Part shown: positions 1 to 10,833 of the stretch, piece after piece
How positions within the stretch are numbered: position 1 is the stretch's first letter
Layout of the letters: each line of letters starts with the position of its first letter
Assembly (NCBI GenBank): GCA_051599415.1
Contig: AP039694.1
Location: forward strand, 124,001 to 188,000
Direction of reading: 5' to 3'
Length of the DNA: 64,000 bases
From: Savitreella phatthalungensis
Taxonomy: Eukaryota
The notes under the pieces: model-generated
What the model was told of the DNA's origin: nothing
Seen by the model: only the letters and a program-made list of their open reading frames with translations
Database searches by the model: none
Position numbers and translations under genes: made by a program

Positions 1-3000
1 GACGAGGCGATAAGCAGACAAAAAACGCTGACAGATCGTCCCGTTGAACCCGCTCAACAGTCGCGCTGGAATCTCGCATCATCCTCAAATGCGGAGAGCT
101 CCTTGCTATCTCACGATGCCGGAGTGCCCCTGGGCGATCCAAAGGGGCCGCAGACACGAGATTCCGCTCATCGAGACGAGACCAGGGACGTGATTCCGAT
201 CCAGCGACATATTCAAAATCCCGCAGAAGAAGTGGATATTACTGAACGCCTGGATGAGGAAGCAGCATCGCTGTTCGCAGATGATTCGAGTTCGCCTGCC
301 TGGGCCGCTTTGGCTGCAGATGATCCGTTCAGCGGACTTGGCGATAAGGACGATGTGACTATTGGTCTTGGCATCAGTTCACCGAAGAGCAGTGCTTTGG
401 GCAGGCAAAATGGCGAAGATCCGGCCTTGGACATTGACGCTGAACTAGAAGCAGAATTTGCGGAGATGGAGGCTAGCTTTGCGGACATCCTATCAATCAG
501 AGATGCTCCAGAACTAGTTTCGCAAGTAGCAAGTGCTCCTGCAGATGCGCCTAGGCGCGGTTCGTTGGCTCTTGCGAGCCTCCCCGACAGTTCAATGCGA
601 CCGCACGCCGCGGAGTCTAGACAAAACTCCAATCCGGCTCAACCCGGGGCTTCCAGAGCGGAGCGGCCACAAAGACAAGATACAAGCACAGTTGGATCGA
701 GCAGCGCGACGAGCTCGCGTGTGCTTCAGCGCTACATGCCATCTGCATCATATGAGGCAGCAGAGCCGCCGAGTCTTGCCTACATACCGCCTCATGATGC
801 CGGCGCACTCCAACCTCGCTTGCAAACGCAGCTTCGTAGCGCCAGCAGCTCGCACTTTCCACGAGCAGGTCAGATGCTCCCTATACTGGGCTGCACGCAA
901 AAAGCGCCAGCCGCTTCCTCTTTTGTTAACGCAAAGTCTACATATACTGACCCATACGCACTTCCAGACTCTGTGCTTCCCTCACAACCGCTCAAACAAA
1001 GGACGCCGTCTCTCAGGCCGGCTGTGAGCGTACCGAATTTCGGCTCTGTGATGCAATACAAGAACTCAGGCACAGGAGCCCGCTTGCCGCCAGGCCAAGA
1101 GCCAGATCAACGTCAGCAGCGTGTCTCATCTGTTGGGGGCATTTATCAGCCGCAGCTACCTCGGCAAGTCATAGCTGCGCAATCGGCACAGCGCGCTCCT
1201 TCAATCAGGTCGACCTCATACACCAGTCCTCAAGCAACTCTCCCTCCAGCATCCGCGCAAGACAGACAAGCGAACTCAGATCAGGGGCATCCGCCACTTC
1301 GCAATGCGAGCCTTGGCGCGCCATACAATCCAGTCGGCCCGCCTCGAAGACGGTCACATGTACAAGTCGTTGGGAGTCTCCTGTCTAACGGATCATCGGA
1401 ACAGCCATATCAGCAGGCTCGGCCGCAACAGCCGCAACAACATTATGAAAGCAACGCGCAGGAGAGACAAGCTATTCTGCAGGGACCATGGGCCAGCGCG
1501 CAGCACGCTGAAATTCCTCACGGGCTGCGCTCCTCGCTGCAACCAATCACGTCTTCTCGCGGGGAACCACATCATGGATCTGACTACCAGGCCGCGGCCG
1601 AGTCTTTCTCCCATGCGGTAGCTAAGAACACCGAGGATCAATTGCACGCATACAATCAGCGGCCTGCCGTACTCCGCCCAAGTGCTCCAAGCCAGCTCAA
1701 GCCGAGCCATTCGAGACAGCCTTCGGCGAGCTATTCCGAACTCAGTCAGGGCGAGCCAGAAAGGCGGGAAGTCTACGATGACTTCATACGCGAGCAAACA
1801 AGTAGCGAGACCAGAATGTTCGAAGATGCTTACAATTTCGCCTATGATGACATTCAGCTAGCGCAAACGGTACAGCGAGGGAGAAGCGCTTCTCATCATA
1901 CAAGGGCTCAGCAACAATCACAGTCTCCGGACCATTCGACTGACGAGCGGCCGGCGTCAGGCTCACATCCCCGTCAGACCTCGAGACCTCATGATCAGAT
2001 TGCCATGCAGACTGACGTTCGCTCACCTGAAGCCGTGCGCCGTGCAGCTCATGTGCCGCCGCTGAATTCCCAATTTTCGCCTGCGAATATGATAGCCCAG
2101 CCAAGTCGTCCGTCATCGCGAGCTTCGAGCCACAGCATTCGCTATAAGCCTTCAGAACCAGCCGACGATCCCGCTGCCTATCATCAACCCCTGGAAGGAC
2201 GAATACGAGCCAGTATGCCGCTCACGCGCGCCAGCGTGGCGACACTCTCCAGTACTTGGTTACCCGGAAGTGACCGGACGGGGAGCCCCGCACCCTCACT
2301 TGGAAGTCAAGCGCGACAAGGCGCTTTCGCTAAACCGTACGATGCAAGCTGTCCTATGCCCCGTCCTGTGGTACACGTCGGCTTCGCAGGCCAGCTTGTG
2401 ACAAGCGTACCGCGCGGCGGCTTGATGAGCAATGTCTCCTCTCCTGTGCTTATCCGCAGCATGCGTACAGCCGTAGAGGATTATGCGCTATCCGATTTTC
2501 CTGGTCCCTTGATCCACAGCAAAGGCACAACGAAGCAGAGAAAGGCAGAAGTTCTAGCATGGATTGCGAAGACTAATGTCGAACCTAATCCGATGCTTGT
2601 TGACGACCGAGAGTTGGTCTTAAGGCTTCTGTCAATCTTGATTGAAGCAAATGGCTCGCTGCAGTCCAGTGATGCTAGGGACAAGCTTTCAGCGCTACTA
2701 CAGCCCGGATCTGTCGGGCTTCCCGTAGTTGGTGAAACCGATGCAGATAATTTCCGTCTGATGAGCAATCGAACAGCGCCTGCTTTGGAGACGGAAGACG
2801 ACCGGGAAGTCCTCGCGCGATCGACTTTAACGTTAAAGTCAGCGCAGCAGTTGTCAGCTTTACTAGCCAAAGGCAAACAGGATGCTGCCCTGCGCTTTGC
2901 TTGCGATCATCGGTTGTTTGCTCACGCCTTGGCGATTGCAGCCCGCTTGCCGGCACCTGCGTACGCCAATACGCTAAGCGAATTTGCCCAAATTGAGTTA

Positions 3001-5322
3001 GAACACCCAGCAGAGGCAGTGCAGAGCCTGCGGTTCCTATACGACAGCTTCGGTTCCGGTTCAACTTCTCTCTCGGCTCATGGGGAACCATTGCTGGCGG
3101 TCAGTCCCTGGCTCCGTCCAGACAACTTCGGCATTCGGAATTGGCGCAGAGCCCTTGCCATGATCTTGAATAATCGAAACCCGGCTGAGGACGACGCAGC
3201 TATCCTGAAGCTCGGGAAAAGCTTGCTCGAGACCAATGTATATGCAGCCCATTTCTGCTTTTTGTGTTCACGCATACCAGCATTCACAGGTGTCGAGGAT
3301 AAAGGATTGTTCTCTCTCATCGGAATTCGCAACGCTTCATCCGCTTCAATGGCGGAGCTCATAGACGGAATCGTCTTGTCTGAGCTCTTCGAGTTTGCCA
3401 TCAGTCTGGCTGGAGCGGCACTTACCTCGAGCAGCAATGCCAAGTTCTCTGGATTCCCGCATCTTCTCGCGTACAAGGTTCATAGAGCATACGCCTTAGC
3501 AGAAAGCGGAGAACTGTTGGCGACGAAGAGATATTGTGAATCTTTCACAGCAGCACTGAAGAACTTGCCAAAGAGTTCGCGTTATGTCCATTCAGGTCTC
3601 ATCGATCAGATCCGCGCAATCACGGATCGTACAAATGAGACACCAATAGTTCACGAAGGATCGTGGATTGGCAAGAAAATGGCGACAAGGCCGAAGATGG
3701 ACGGTATTTGGCAGTCTCTCGAGGGAAAATTCAATAAGTTTGTTACGGGATCTGACGGAGACAGCATCAGCCCGGCTGCCGGCGCCCTGCCTTTCGGCAC
3801 TATTGCAGGGACGGTCAATCAGCAACCTGGCCTTCAAGAGACTGGACCATTTGCCAGGTTGGCCCAGACACCGGCGTTGAGTCGCGTTCAGTCTGGATCT
3901 GACCTGCGCGGCACGCGTGCAGCCTCGCCCGAGACCGGATTCGTCCCACAAGGTCTTACTCAGCCGATTCGGCAAGCGTCTGTTTCATACCAGCATGGCT
4001 TCAGCGTCCCTATCGCTTCACCCGGGCCCGCGCAAGCGCGACAAGGCAGCTACACGTCTTCAGTAGAAGAGCGGCCGGACAGTCATACGCCGCAGACACA
4101 ACAGTTGTATCGCCCGGTCGTTCACAACGCAGGCTCTGGTGACAACGAAGATGTCGTCCTAGGCGATGTGGCGGCCACGAAACAATCCGCTTACATTCCT
4201 ATTTCGCAACAAGCACTTCTGGCCCGCGAATCAGGAGGCGATCGTCTCGCTCGGCCGCTAGGATCTGTATCCGGGCCGGCACAGCGGCAAGATGTTGTCC
4301 CGCTCAGTGAAATCGCAAGTTCCACCATACAGCAAAGGTACACCCCTAACAAAGAGTCGATATACACGCAACATGCGCAGCACCGTGCAACGAACATCAA
4401 TGCAGATGTGACAGGTACGATTGCTTCGCTCCATACCCCAGGCGCGACGCCCGAACCGCCGATCACGGCACCAATCAAACAGACAGGAGAGCCACAAGAG
4501 CCTATTCAGTACGCTCCGACGACGCCCAAATCTTCATGGCTGGGCGGCTGGTTCGGCGGCAAGAAGAAGGACGACTCTGCATCCGCTTCATCGCAGCCTG
4601 CAGCCAGTGGGCAGACGACTGCAAATCATGGGGATGAGCCGAAGGTACACAAAGCGCATATGGGAGAGAAGATGTCGTTGAGATACGACGAGAAGCTCAA
4701 AAAGTGGATAAACACTGCGGGAGCGATGCCAGAACCCTCGGCCACATCGGCGCCGCCCCCACCAGCGAGCAAGAAGGCTGCGCCAGCAGAGTTCGCATCA
4801 GTACCATCTACAGACTCAGCGGTCCCGATTGAGGGAGTATCGCCTGCGGTCACACCAGCGACTGGAGCGCGACTTCGCGGAGATCGCCGGCATGTGCCCG
4901 CTGTCGGCCGTGCATTGGCAAACGCGGACGACGATTTAGCATCTATGCTGAGTGGCTCGAATGGGGTTACGCAACGCAAGCGAGCTGCTGCGACAGTAGC
5001 AATGCGAAAACCGATGGCATCGCCGGCTGTCGCTGATCCACTCAATCAGGCGGATAGCCTCAACGAGCCGGCATCGCTTTCACAAGACGCAGGAGAGGCG
5101 CGTACCACTGAGCAGTCAACGACAACGGACTCTGACAACCTGACCAGTGATCTCAATTATGGTCGTGGGCCGGGAGGTCCGAGCTTGTCAGCGAACCTCG
5201 AGCTGTCAAGGGCTCCTGTGCTGCGGCCCGCAGCAACGGTGTCTGTTGGCAGACGCGGCGGTCGAAGTACAGCGCGGCGCTATGTCGATGTGTTTGCAGA
5301 GCAGCAGAAAACGGCACCTTGA
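1..5322 (+). CDS. SEC16: COPII coat assembly protein Sec16 (5'-partial; the frame is open from base 1)
   Basis: Long disordered N-terminus. Central conserved domain (VVHVGFAGQLV; DFPGPL...KQRKAEVLAW; LFAHALAIA; NWRRALAMILNNR; YAAHFCFL; FPHLLAYK; GKFNKFVTG). C-terminal AHMGEKMSLRYDEKLKKWIN and RRYVDVF motifs. Confidence 0.9.
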   Translation, partial: DEAISRQKTLTDRPVEPAQQSRWNLASSSNAESSLLSHDAGVPLGDPKGPQTRDSAHRDETRDVIPIQRHIQNPAEEVDITERLDEEAASLFADDSSSPAWAALAADDPFSGLGDKDDVTIGLGISSPKSSALGRQNGEDPALDIDAELEAEFAEMEASFADILSIRDAPELVSQVASAPADAPRRGSLALASLPDSSMRPHAAESRQNSNPAQPGASRAERPQRQDTSTVGSSSATSSRVLQRYMPSASYEAAEPPSLAYIPPHDAGALQPRLQTQLRSASSSHFPRAGQMLPILGCTQKAPAASSFVNAKSTYTDPYALPDSVLPSQPLKQRTPSLRPAVSVPNFGSVMQYKNSGTGARLPPGQEPDQRQQRVSSVGGIYQPQLPRQVIAAQSAQRAPSIRSTSYTSPQATLPPASAQDRQANSDQGHPPLRNASLGAPYNPVGPPRRRSHVQVVGSLLSNGSSEQPYQQARPQQPQQHYESNAQERQAILQGPWASAQHAEIPHGLRSSLQPITSSRGEPHHGSDYQAAAESFSHAVAKNTEDQLHAYNQRPAVLRPSAPSQLKPSHSRQPSASYSELSQGEPERREVYDDFIREQTSSETRMFEDAYNFAYDDIQLAQTVQRGRSASHHTRAQQQSQSPDHSTDERPASGSHPRQTSRPHDQIAMQTDVRSPEAVRRAAHVPPLNSQFSPANMIAQPSRPSSRASSHSIRYKPSEPADDPAAYHQPLEGRIRASMPLTRASVATLSSTWLPGSDRTGSPAPSLGSQARQGAFAKPYDASCPMPRPVVHVGFAGQLVTSVPRGGLMSNVSSPVLIRSMRTAVEDYALSDFPGPLIHSKGTTKQRKAEVLAWIAKTNVEPNPMLVDDRELVLRLLSILIEANGSLQSSDARDKLSALLQPGSVGLPVVGETDADNFRLMSNRTAPALETEDDREVLARSTLTLKSAQQLSALLAKGKQDAALRFACDHRLFAHALAIAARLPAPAYANTLSEFAQIELEHPAEAVQSLRFLYDSFGSGSTSLSAHGEPLLAVSPWLRPDNFGIRNWRRALAMILNNRNPAEDDAAILKLGKSLLETNVYAAHFCFLCSRIPAFTGVEDKGLFSLIGIRNASSASMAELIDGIVLSELFEFAISLAGAALTSSSNAKFSGFPHLLAYKVHRAYALAESGELLATKRYCESFTAALKNLPKSSRYVHSGLIDQIRAITDRTNETPIVHEGSWIGKKMATRPKMDGIWQSLEGKFNKFVTGSDGDSISPAAGALPFGTIAGTVNQQPGLQETGPFARLAQTPALSRVQSGSDLRGTRAASPETGFVPQGLTQPIRQASVSYQHGFSVPIASPGPAQARQGSYTSSVEERPDSHTPQTQQLYRPVVHNAGSGDNEDVVLGDVAATKQSAYIPISQQALLARESGGDRLARPLGSVSGPAQRQDVVPLSEIASSTIQQRYTPNKESIYTQHAQHRATNINADVTGTIASLHTPGATPEPPITAPIKQTGEPQEPIQYAPTTPKSSWLGGWFGGKKKDDSASASSQPAASGQTTANHGDEPKVHKAHMGEKMSLRYDEKLKKWINTAGAMPEPSATSAPPPPASKKAAPAEFASVPSTDSAVPIEGVSPAVTPATGARLRGDRRHVPAVGRALANADDDLASMLSGSNGVTQRKRAAATVAMRKPMASPAVADPLNQADSLNEPASLSQDAGEARTTEQSTTTDSDNLTSDLNYGRGPGGPSLSANLELSRAPVLRPAATVSVGRRGGRSTARRYVDVFAEQQKTAP

Positions 5323-5429
5323 CCACTGCACTGCGACATCGCGCGTTCGTTCGATCTGGCACAGGTGATGAAATCTCATGTTGACATAATTCAGGCTGCA
5401 TAATAGCTGGAGCACGATCGGCCAGTGAA

Positions 5430-6518
5430 CTAACCGAGAGAAATAAACGGGTTACCACCTCGAGGTCGAGGACTTGACGTAGTTGCAGAGGCTTGATCAA
5501 GGACGAAATCATTCCTGGACAGGCCGTTTAAATAGTACCCTCCAGACTCATGACTAGAATCGCTGTTCGACTGCGTCGCTGTGGCTGCGGAAGTGGTCGT
5601 AATTGCATCTGGAGTGTGAGCGCTGAGACCGCCGGTGCCATTGTTTGATTTGCGAGGGCGAGTGATGATATAGTAGCCCGCGGCAGCGGCCAGAATGATC
5701 CCAGCCAGTAGTCTTCTGGTGACTTCCCATTTATATTTCTCCGTGGCGGTGCGCAGATCTCCCAATCGCACAGTAAACTTATTGTCGAGTTCTTGAATGC
5801 GCAGTTCAACGTCTTTTGCTTCAGCACGCGACTGCGCTTTGCGCATCTCCACATCCATCTCGACTTCAGTCCGCATTGCACGCACATCTTCGTGCATCTG
5901 TTGATCGAGGGCATCGAGCATTCGCTGAATTGCCATAGCGTCAAGCCGAAGCGTCTGTGAGGCTGCCTTGCGCATTTGCACAACTTCATTTCGAAGCTCT
6001 GCCATCGCTGCACGGAACAGATAACTTCCATTCTCAAGCTGCGCGCGCGACAACAGCTCCGCCTTGCATACCTCAGTACCATTCACCAGAAGAGCGCGCA
6101 TACTGTTCATCATAGCAACAGCAGCACCGTGCTCGAAACCGCTTGCCTCCAGCCGCGTGACTATGTGGAACGTGTCGAAGTAGTGCAGAGTTGCACGAAG
6201 AGGGTCTCCAGCAGAGGGCGAGGATGAAATTGCGAGGGTCGTGCCACCACCGGGCGGAGGCCGAGACGAACCTATTCCGGCAGGTCCAATGGATTTACCC
6301 GCATTTGCTGTAGAGAATGGGAGGGAAGATTCAGCAATTGAGCTGCTCGCGACCGCTCCTGTGTGCTCAGTCTTGATCGTCGGCGATACATCGATGATGC
6401 GGGTTGCTGTAGTCACATTGCGTGTTTGCGCTGGCTGAGCCAAGTGCGCCAATCGTGCAGCAAAGGCCGGGCCTGTCAAAGCAGCGCGAGCAGCACGAGG
6501 ATATAGGAAAGCTAGCAT
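5430..6518 (-). CDS. Mitochondrial DUF1640 / CCDC90 / MCUR1-like coiled-coil membrane protein
   Basis: Basic, acid-free presequence-like N-terminus; HYFDTFHIVTRLEASGF motif; coiled coil; single C-terminal TM segment (LLAGIILAAAAGYYII). Confidence 0.8.
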   Translation of the reverse strand: MLAFLYPRAARAALTGPAFAARLAHLAQPAQTRNVTTATRIIDVSPTIKTEHTGAVASSSIAESSLPFSTANAGKSIGPAGIGSSRPPPGGGTTLAISSSPSAGDPLRATLHYFDTFHIVTRLEASGFEHGAAVAMMNSMRALLVNGTEVCKAELLSRAQLENGSYLFRAAMAELRNEVVQMRKAASQTLRLDAMAIQRMLDALDQQMHEDVRAMRTEVEMDVEMRKAQSRAEAKDVELRIQELDNKFTVRLGDLRTATEKYKWEVTRRLLAGIILAAAAGYYIITRPRKSNNGTGGLSAHTPDAITTTSAATATQSNSDSSHESGGYYLNGLSRNDFVLDQASATTSSPRPRGGNPFISLG

Positions 6519-7114
6519 GCAGACTCTTGATTCCGGCCTTAAAGCACAATATCGAAGTCCTCGTGTCCAGCCGCACTATGCGAATGTATTCGGTGACTAT
6601 CGGCGGCAAAAGCAATGCTTGGGGTCTTGCACGTACGTACGTCTACAACGCATATGTGTACAAACAGATTGATTTCCACAACATATATGACACACATCCA
6701 GGAGTTTTATGCACCTAGCCAGTTATAGATCGCCATAGCCTGCAGGGGAGGACTCTTTTCGCGGATAGGAACTCTAGCTGAACTTACAGTATACCGTCAG
6801 ACTTTAAATTTATGTGGTAAATACATATGTGCGTTCGTATATATGCTTAATAGAATTCCATCTATTTGATCATCGAAACAAACATATTTTTATTTATTCA
6901 ATAAATCGATCTTGATATAAGCCCGTATGAGCAATGGCCACAGAATGCATACATAGATTCATGTAAATTTATATGCACACACATGTACAGACGTCCATAA
7001 TTTCGACCACACATGCACGCATAATGGCAACACTCGATTTGAACTTAGTGACTATAAAGTGTCCAACAAGAGAAGGTTCACGCACAAGCCCTGATTGTCG
7101 AAAGCTAGCCAGCC

Positions 7115-8578
7115 ATGAGCAGCCTGGAGAATTTAGTCTCCCGGCTACGGAGGCGTAAGCTAGTCGGGTCTGAGGCCGTGGCCCTAGAAACGGCCTTGCT
7201 GCTGAGGAGCGTGGTCTCCCAGGCCAAATGGACACATATAGAGGGGTTACTCTCACAAGTACGTGCCGTGGGGAGAAGACTGGAACGCGCGCAGATGCGC
7301 GAGTTTTCGGCCGGCAACGTTGTTCGCAGGGTTCTCAAACTGATCCGGGAAGAGTATGCGGATGAATTGGCCGCACTTGAAGCAGGCAGACAGCAACAGC
7401 CTCGCCGGCGGAGAGTCGCGAAGAGCGAGTCTGATGAGAATGATGAATCGGGTGACGACGCAGAGGATGCATCTGTTGACAGTGATTTGACCGATCACGA
7501 AGACGATGACGAATACGTCAGAGGCATAACAATGGGTACAGCTGCACTATCTTTCGATCCAACCTCCGCAATCCACTCTTCCATTTTGAATCTGTTGGGC
7601 CGTCCTGAGACATCGCGTCAACCGTCTTCCTCGGCAATTTGTACTGACAGTCATCTACAAACCCCGGACTCCTTCGGAAAGGCAGTCGGCAAAGAGGCCT
7701 CTCGCGCATCGATAGGCACAGATCTCAAGCCAGCACTGATCGCTGCGATACAACTTGTCATTGACGAAGTTCGCAAAGGACACGCAGACGTGGCGGCCCA
7801 TGCTGGTGAGTATGTCCATGGCGGTGAAGTGGTCATGACCCATGGGGCCCATCCGCTTGCAATCGCTTTCCTTCGACACGCTGCTGAGAAGCGCCAGTAT
7901 ACTTGCATTCTCACAGAGTCATCCCCCGCGGGCTTGAGTGCAACACACGCTGCAGCAGAAGCGCTCGCGAATGTCGTGCCACCCCATGGTAGCGGCCAAC
8001 GCACCGGCGATACCCAACAGAAAGGCGCACAGGTCGTCATCGCCCCAGATGCTGCAGTCTACGCACTCATGTCGCGTTGCAATAAAGTGGTCTTGGCAGC
8101 CCAAGCAGTCTTACAAAACGGCGGTCTTTTGCTTTCTCCCGGGGCCCGGAACGTTTGCCTCGCTGCCAAGGCGCTGTCGGTCCCTGTCGTCGTTCTCGCT
8201 GCTAGTTACGATCTTGCGCCGATCTATCCGTATGGGGTTGCCACTGCAAGCATCGCTTCTATGTCTGAAAGTGCAGATCTTGAAGGTTTGCGCTCATCTA
8301 CCGTCGATAACAGGATAGACGCAGAGCTTATCGAATTGAACGACCCTGAAACGATCTTACCACTCTCCTTCGCTGGCACACTCAACGGCGGTCCGAGAAA
8401 CTACAGTATTGAAGAGGCCGGCATGATAGGCACCGAGGTCGACGCTCTCAACCCAGCATCCGAATACGTCGGTCCAGAATTCGTCGATCTATACCTCACG
8501 AATTTGGGCGGCCATGCACCCGCGGCACTGGTTCGCGTCATGATGGACAATTACGACGAAGAGGATCGCGAGCTTTGA
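7115..8578 (+). CDS. GCD7: Translation initiation factor eIF2B beta subunit
   Basis: SRLRRRKLVGSEAVALET, GNVVRRVLKLIREE, AVYALMSRCNKVVL and EYVGPEFVDLYLTNLGGHAP are IF-2B family motifs. Confidence 0.9.
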   Translation: MSSLENLVSRLRRRKLVGSEAVALETALLLRSVVSQAKWTHIEGLLSQVRAVGRRLERAQMREFSAGNVVRRVLKLIREEYADELAALEAGRQQQPRRRRVAKSESDENDESGDDAEDASVDSDLTDHEDDDEYVRGITMGTAALSFDPTSAIHSSILNLLGRPETSRQPSSSAICTDSHLQTPDSFGKAVGKEASRASIGTDLKPALIAAIQLVIDEVRKGHADVAAHAGEYVHGGEVVMTHGAHPLAIAFLRHAAEKRQYTCILTESSPAGLSATHAAAEALANVVPPHGSGQRTGDTQQKGAQVVIAPDAAVYALMSRCNKVVLAAQAVLQNGGLLLSPGARNVCLAAKALSVPVVVLAASYDLAPIYPYGVATASIASMSESADLEGLRSSTVDNRIDAELIELNDPETILPLSFAGTLNGGPRNYSIEEAGMIGTEVDALNPASEYVGPEFVDLYLTNLGGHAPAALVRVMMDNYDEEDREL

Positions 8579-8618
8579 GAGCAGAAGTGATCAGAATGTG
8601 CTCATGCGCGCAACAGGC

Positions 8619-9860
8619 CTAGAGTTTGGCGGATGTGATATTTGATGATAGGTCTGCGTACTCGAGCAGCGTTTGCATGAGGTTATCGATGACACACAGG
8701 TCTAGATCTGCTCGCAGGCAAAGCCGGACTCTTTCCTCACCTTGCGGCACGGTCGGATATCTGACTGACATGACACGAAAACCTTTGCGATGCAGATATT
8801 TCGACAGAGCAAGCGTGTCTTCTGTCCGGATTGGCACAATCGGACCATTGAGCTCTGCTGGCACGATGAATGCGGACGTGCCTGGCAGTCTGAGAAGACA
8901 TTCGGAGGTATATTTAATGCAGCGCCAGAGCTGATTCGTTCGATCACTGAGTCTGCCACTCGCCAGCAGTGCGAAGGACGCATATGCGTGTGCCAGTGTC
9001 GGCGTCGAGGCAAAAGTCGAATAGATAAGCCCACGAGCATAGTTGAGCAAGTATAAGCGCATCGTCGATGTACAAATGATGATAGCACCTGTACCCGCAA
9101 GTGCCTTTCCGAGAGTATGGAGCCGAGCGCATACAAGATGCGCTAAGTCATAGCGAATATCGTAGCTGGCACCGCGACCGCCAGGGCCGTATATTCCAGT
9201 CGCATGTGCTTCGTCAATAACCATGCGGGCATCAGGATTGATTTGTTGCATCAACTCGAGCATTGCATGAATTGGAGCCAGATCGCCATCCATACTGTAT
9301 AGTGACTCGACTGCAACAATGACGATGCCATCATGACCAGGGGGTCGACCAGTGATTTCTCTTGTTGCTTTGGTTAGCTGACTCTGAAAATCATGCAGGT
9401 CGTTGTGGGCGAAAGCTCTGCGTGAGCGACACCTGCTCGCACGCAGTCCAGTGTGGACGCTCGCATGCACAAGAGCGTCGTGCAGAACGATATCTTGCTC
9501 GTTCGGTAGGCAAGAGAAGATCGCGACGTTTGCTTCATAGCCAGAGGGACAAAAGAGTGCCGCAGCCGAGTTGAAGAACGTGCATGCCCGTCGTTCCAAA
9601 CGTTCCGCTAGGAATAAGTTGCCACTCAATAGACGAGATCCCGTGGATGCCAGGGTCGTTTGGGTGGCAATAGTGTTCCGGAACTCCTCTTTGAGCTCCG
9701 TAGAAGCGGCTAGACCAAGATAATCATTCGAAGAGAGTTCGATGACTGCGCTATTTGTTGTGGACTGGAATGGAGTCTCCTGAGACGTGAGCCGACGTAA
9801 ACGTCCTTTAGCCTTCCGTGCCTGTAGCGTACGATGCAGTCGATCGTGCAAGGGATCCAT
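8619..9860 (-). CDS. bioF: 8-amino-7-oxononanoate synthase (PLP class II), peroxisomal
   Basis: SSNDYLG, STGSRLLSG, DALVHASV, FAHND, VESLYSMDGD, DEAHATG, HTLGKA (PLP lysine), RYPTVP. C-terminal -AKL PTS1. First ATG at 9860; the ORF track starts at an upstream TTG. Confidence 0.92.
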   Translation of the reverse strand: MDPLHDRLHRTLQARKAKGRLRRLTSQETPFQSTTNSAVIELSSNDYLGLAASTELKEEFRNTIATQTTLASTGSRLLSGNLFLAERLERRACTFFNSAAALFCPSGYEANVAIFSCLPNEQDIVLHDALVHASVHTGLRASRCRSRRAFAHNDLHDFQSQLTKATREITGRPPGHDGIVIVAVESLYSMDGDLAPIHAMLELMQQINPDARMVIDEAHATGIYGPGGRGASYDIRYDLAHLVCARLHTLGKALAGTGAIIICTSTMRLYLLNYARGLIYSTFASTPTLAHAYASFALLASGRLSDRTNQLWRCIKYTSECLLRLPGTSAFIVPAELNGPIVPIRTEDTLALSKYLHRKGFRVMSVRYPTVPQGEERVRLCLRADLDLCVIDNLMQTLLEYADLSSNITSAKL

Positions 9861-10833
9861 TGCAGAGCGCCGAACCCAAGACGAGCTGCCGACCCACGTC
9901 GTATCAGACTTTCGGTATTCGAACAATCAGCTCTCAAGGCAATCTTGACCGCGGTTCTTTTTTGGCCTCTATGGTGAACACCCAAGTTGTGATCCACGCT
10001 GTATCATATCATGCATCAAAAAACCATATGCGTACAGACCGTCCTCCCAATGGCGTCTTTCGGAAATTTTGATTTTGGGATGGACAGGATTGGCTCGATC
10101 TGGTGCGTGATTTGGTGAATCAATTGGTTAACTTATTATGGATGGGTTGGAGTGATCAATTGCATGATCAATCATTATATATCAACACTGTTGATATCAG
10201 TATAAAGAACTGGCCTGGTTTGTGAAATGTACGATCGAAGACATTGGTCGAATATGTTCTTGATTGAGCTACGGAATCCAGCTTGAACGTGATCGCATGC
10301 AATGTACTGTACGTCGTCTTGTGCGGACGTTTGTAAAGTAAGTACGTTTCTATGGGTCGGGTCACAGAATCGAGTCCGGTCGAATTCAATCGATCGAGTC
10401 ACGGGCTAGACAACACTAGCCCGCTAGCAAAGTAGACCAAACATTCCAAATGCGATGCAGAAATATCGTGTGATGTTTTGTGCTCAGGTCATCGCCACAT
10501 CTCATGACCATCGGCAAGCTTGTCTCCGAGTGTAGCCCGGTCGATGCAGGACAGATGAACTGCAAGCCCTCAAACCTTTTAGCCAGCAATTCACTCCCAT
10601 ATCGGGCTGTCTCACAAGCATCTCGTGAAGACTCGATCATGCACGTCACATGCCCAGCATCGCAAGGGCTTGAATGATCTATGCAAGGGATAGGTGACAC
10701 AATCAATTCTCCCAGGCATGTACAGACTCACTCATCAAGACAACATCCTGACGTTTGTCAATAGAGTTGGAACTCCGATAGATTAACTGCAAAGAGTAAT
10801 CACATCAATCATACCACTTGCATAGCTAAAGAG

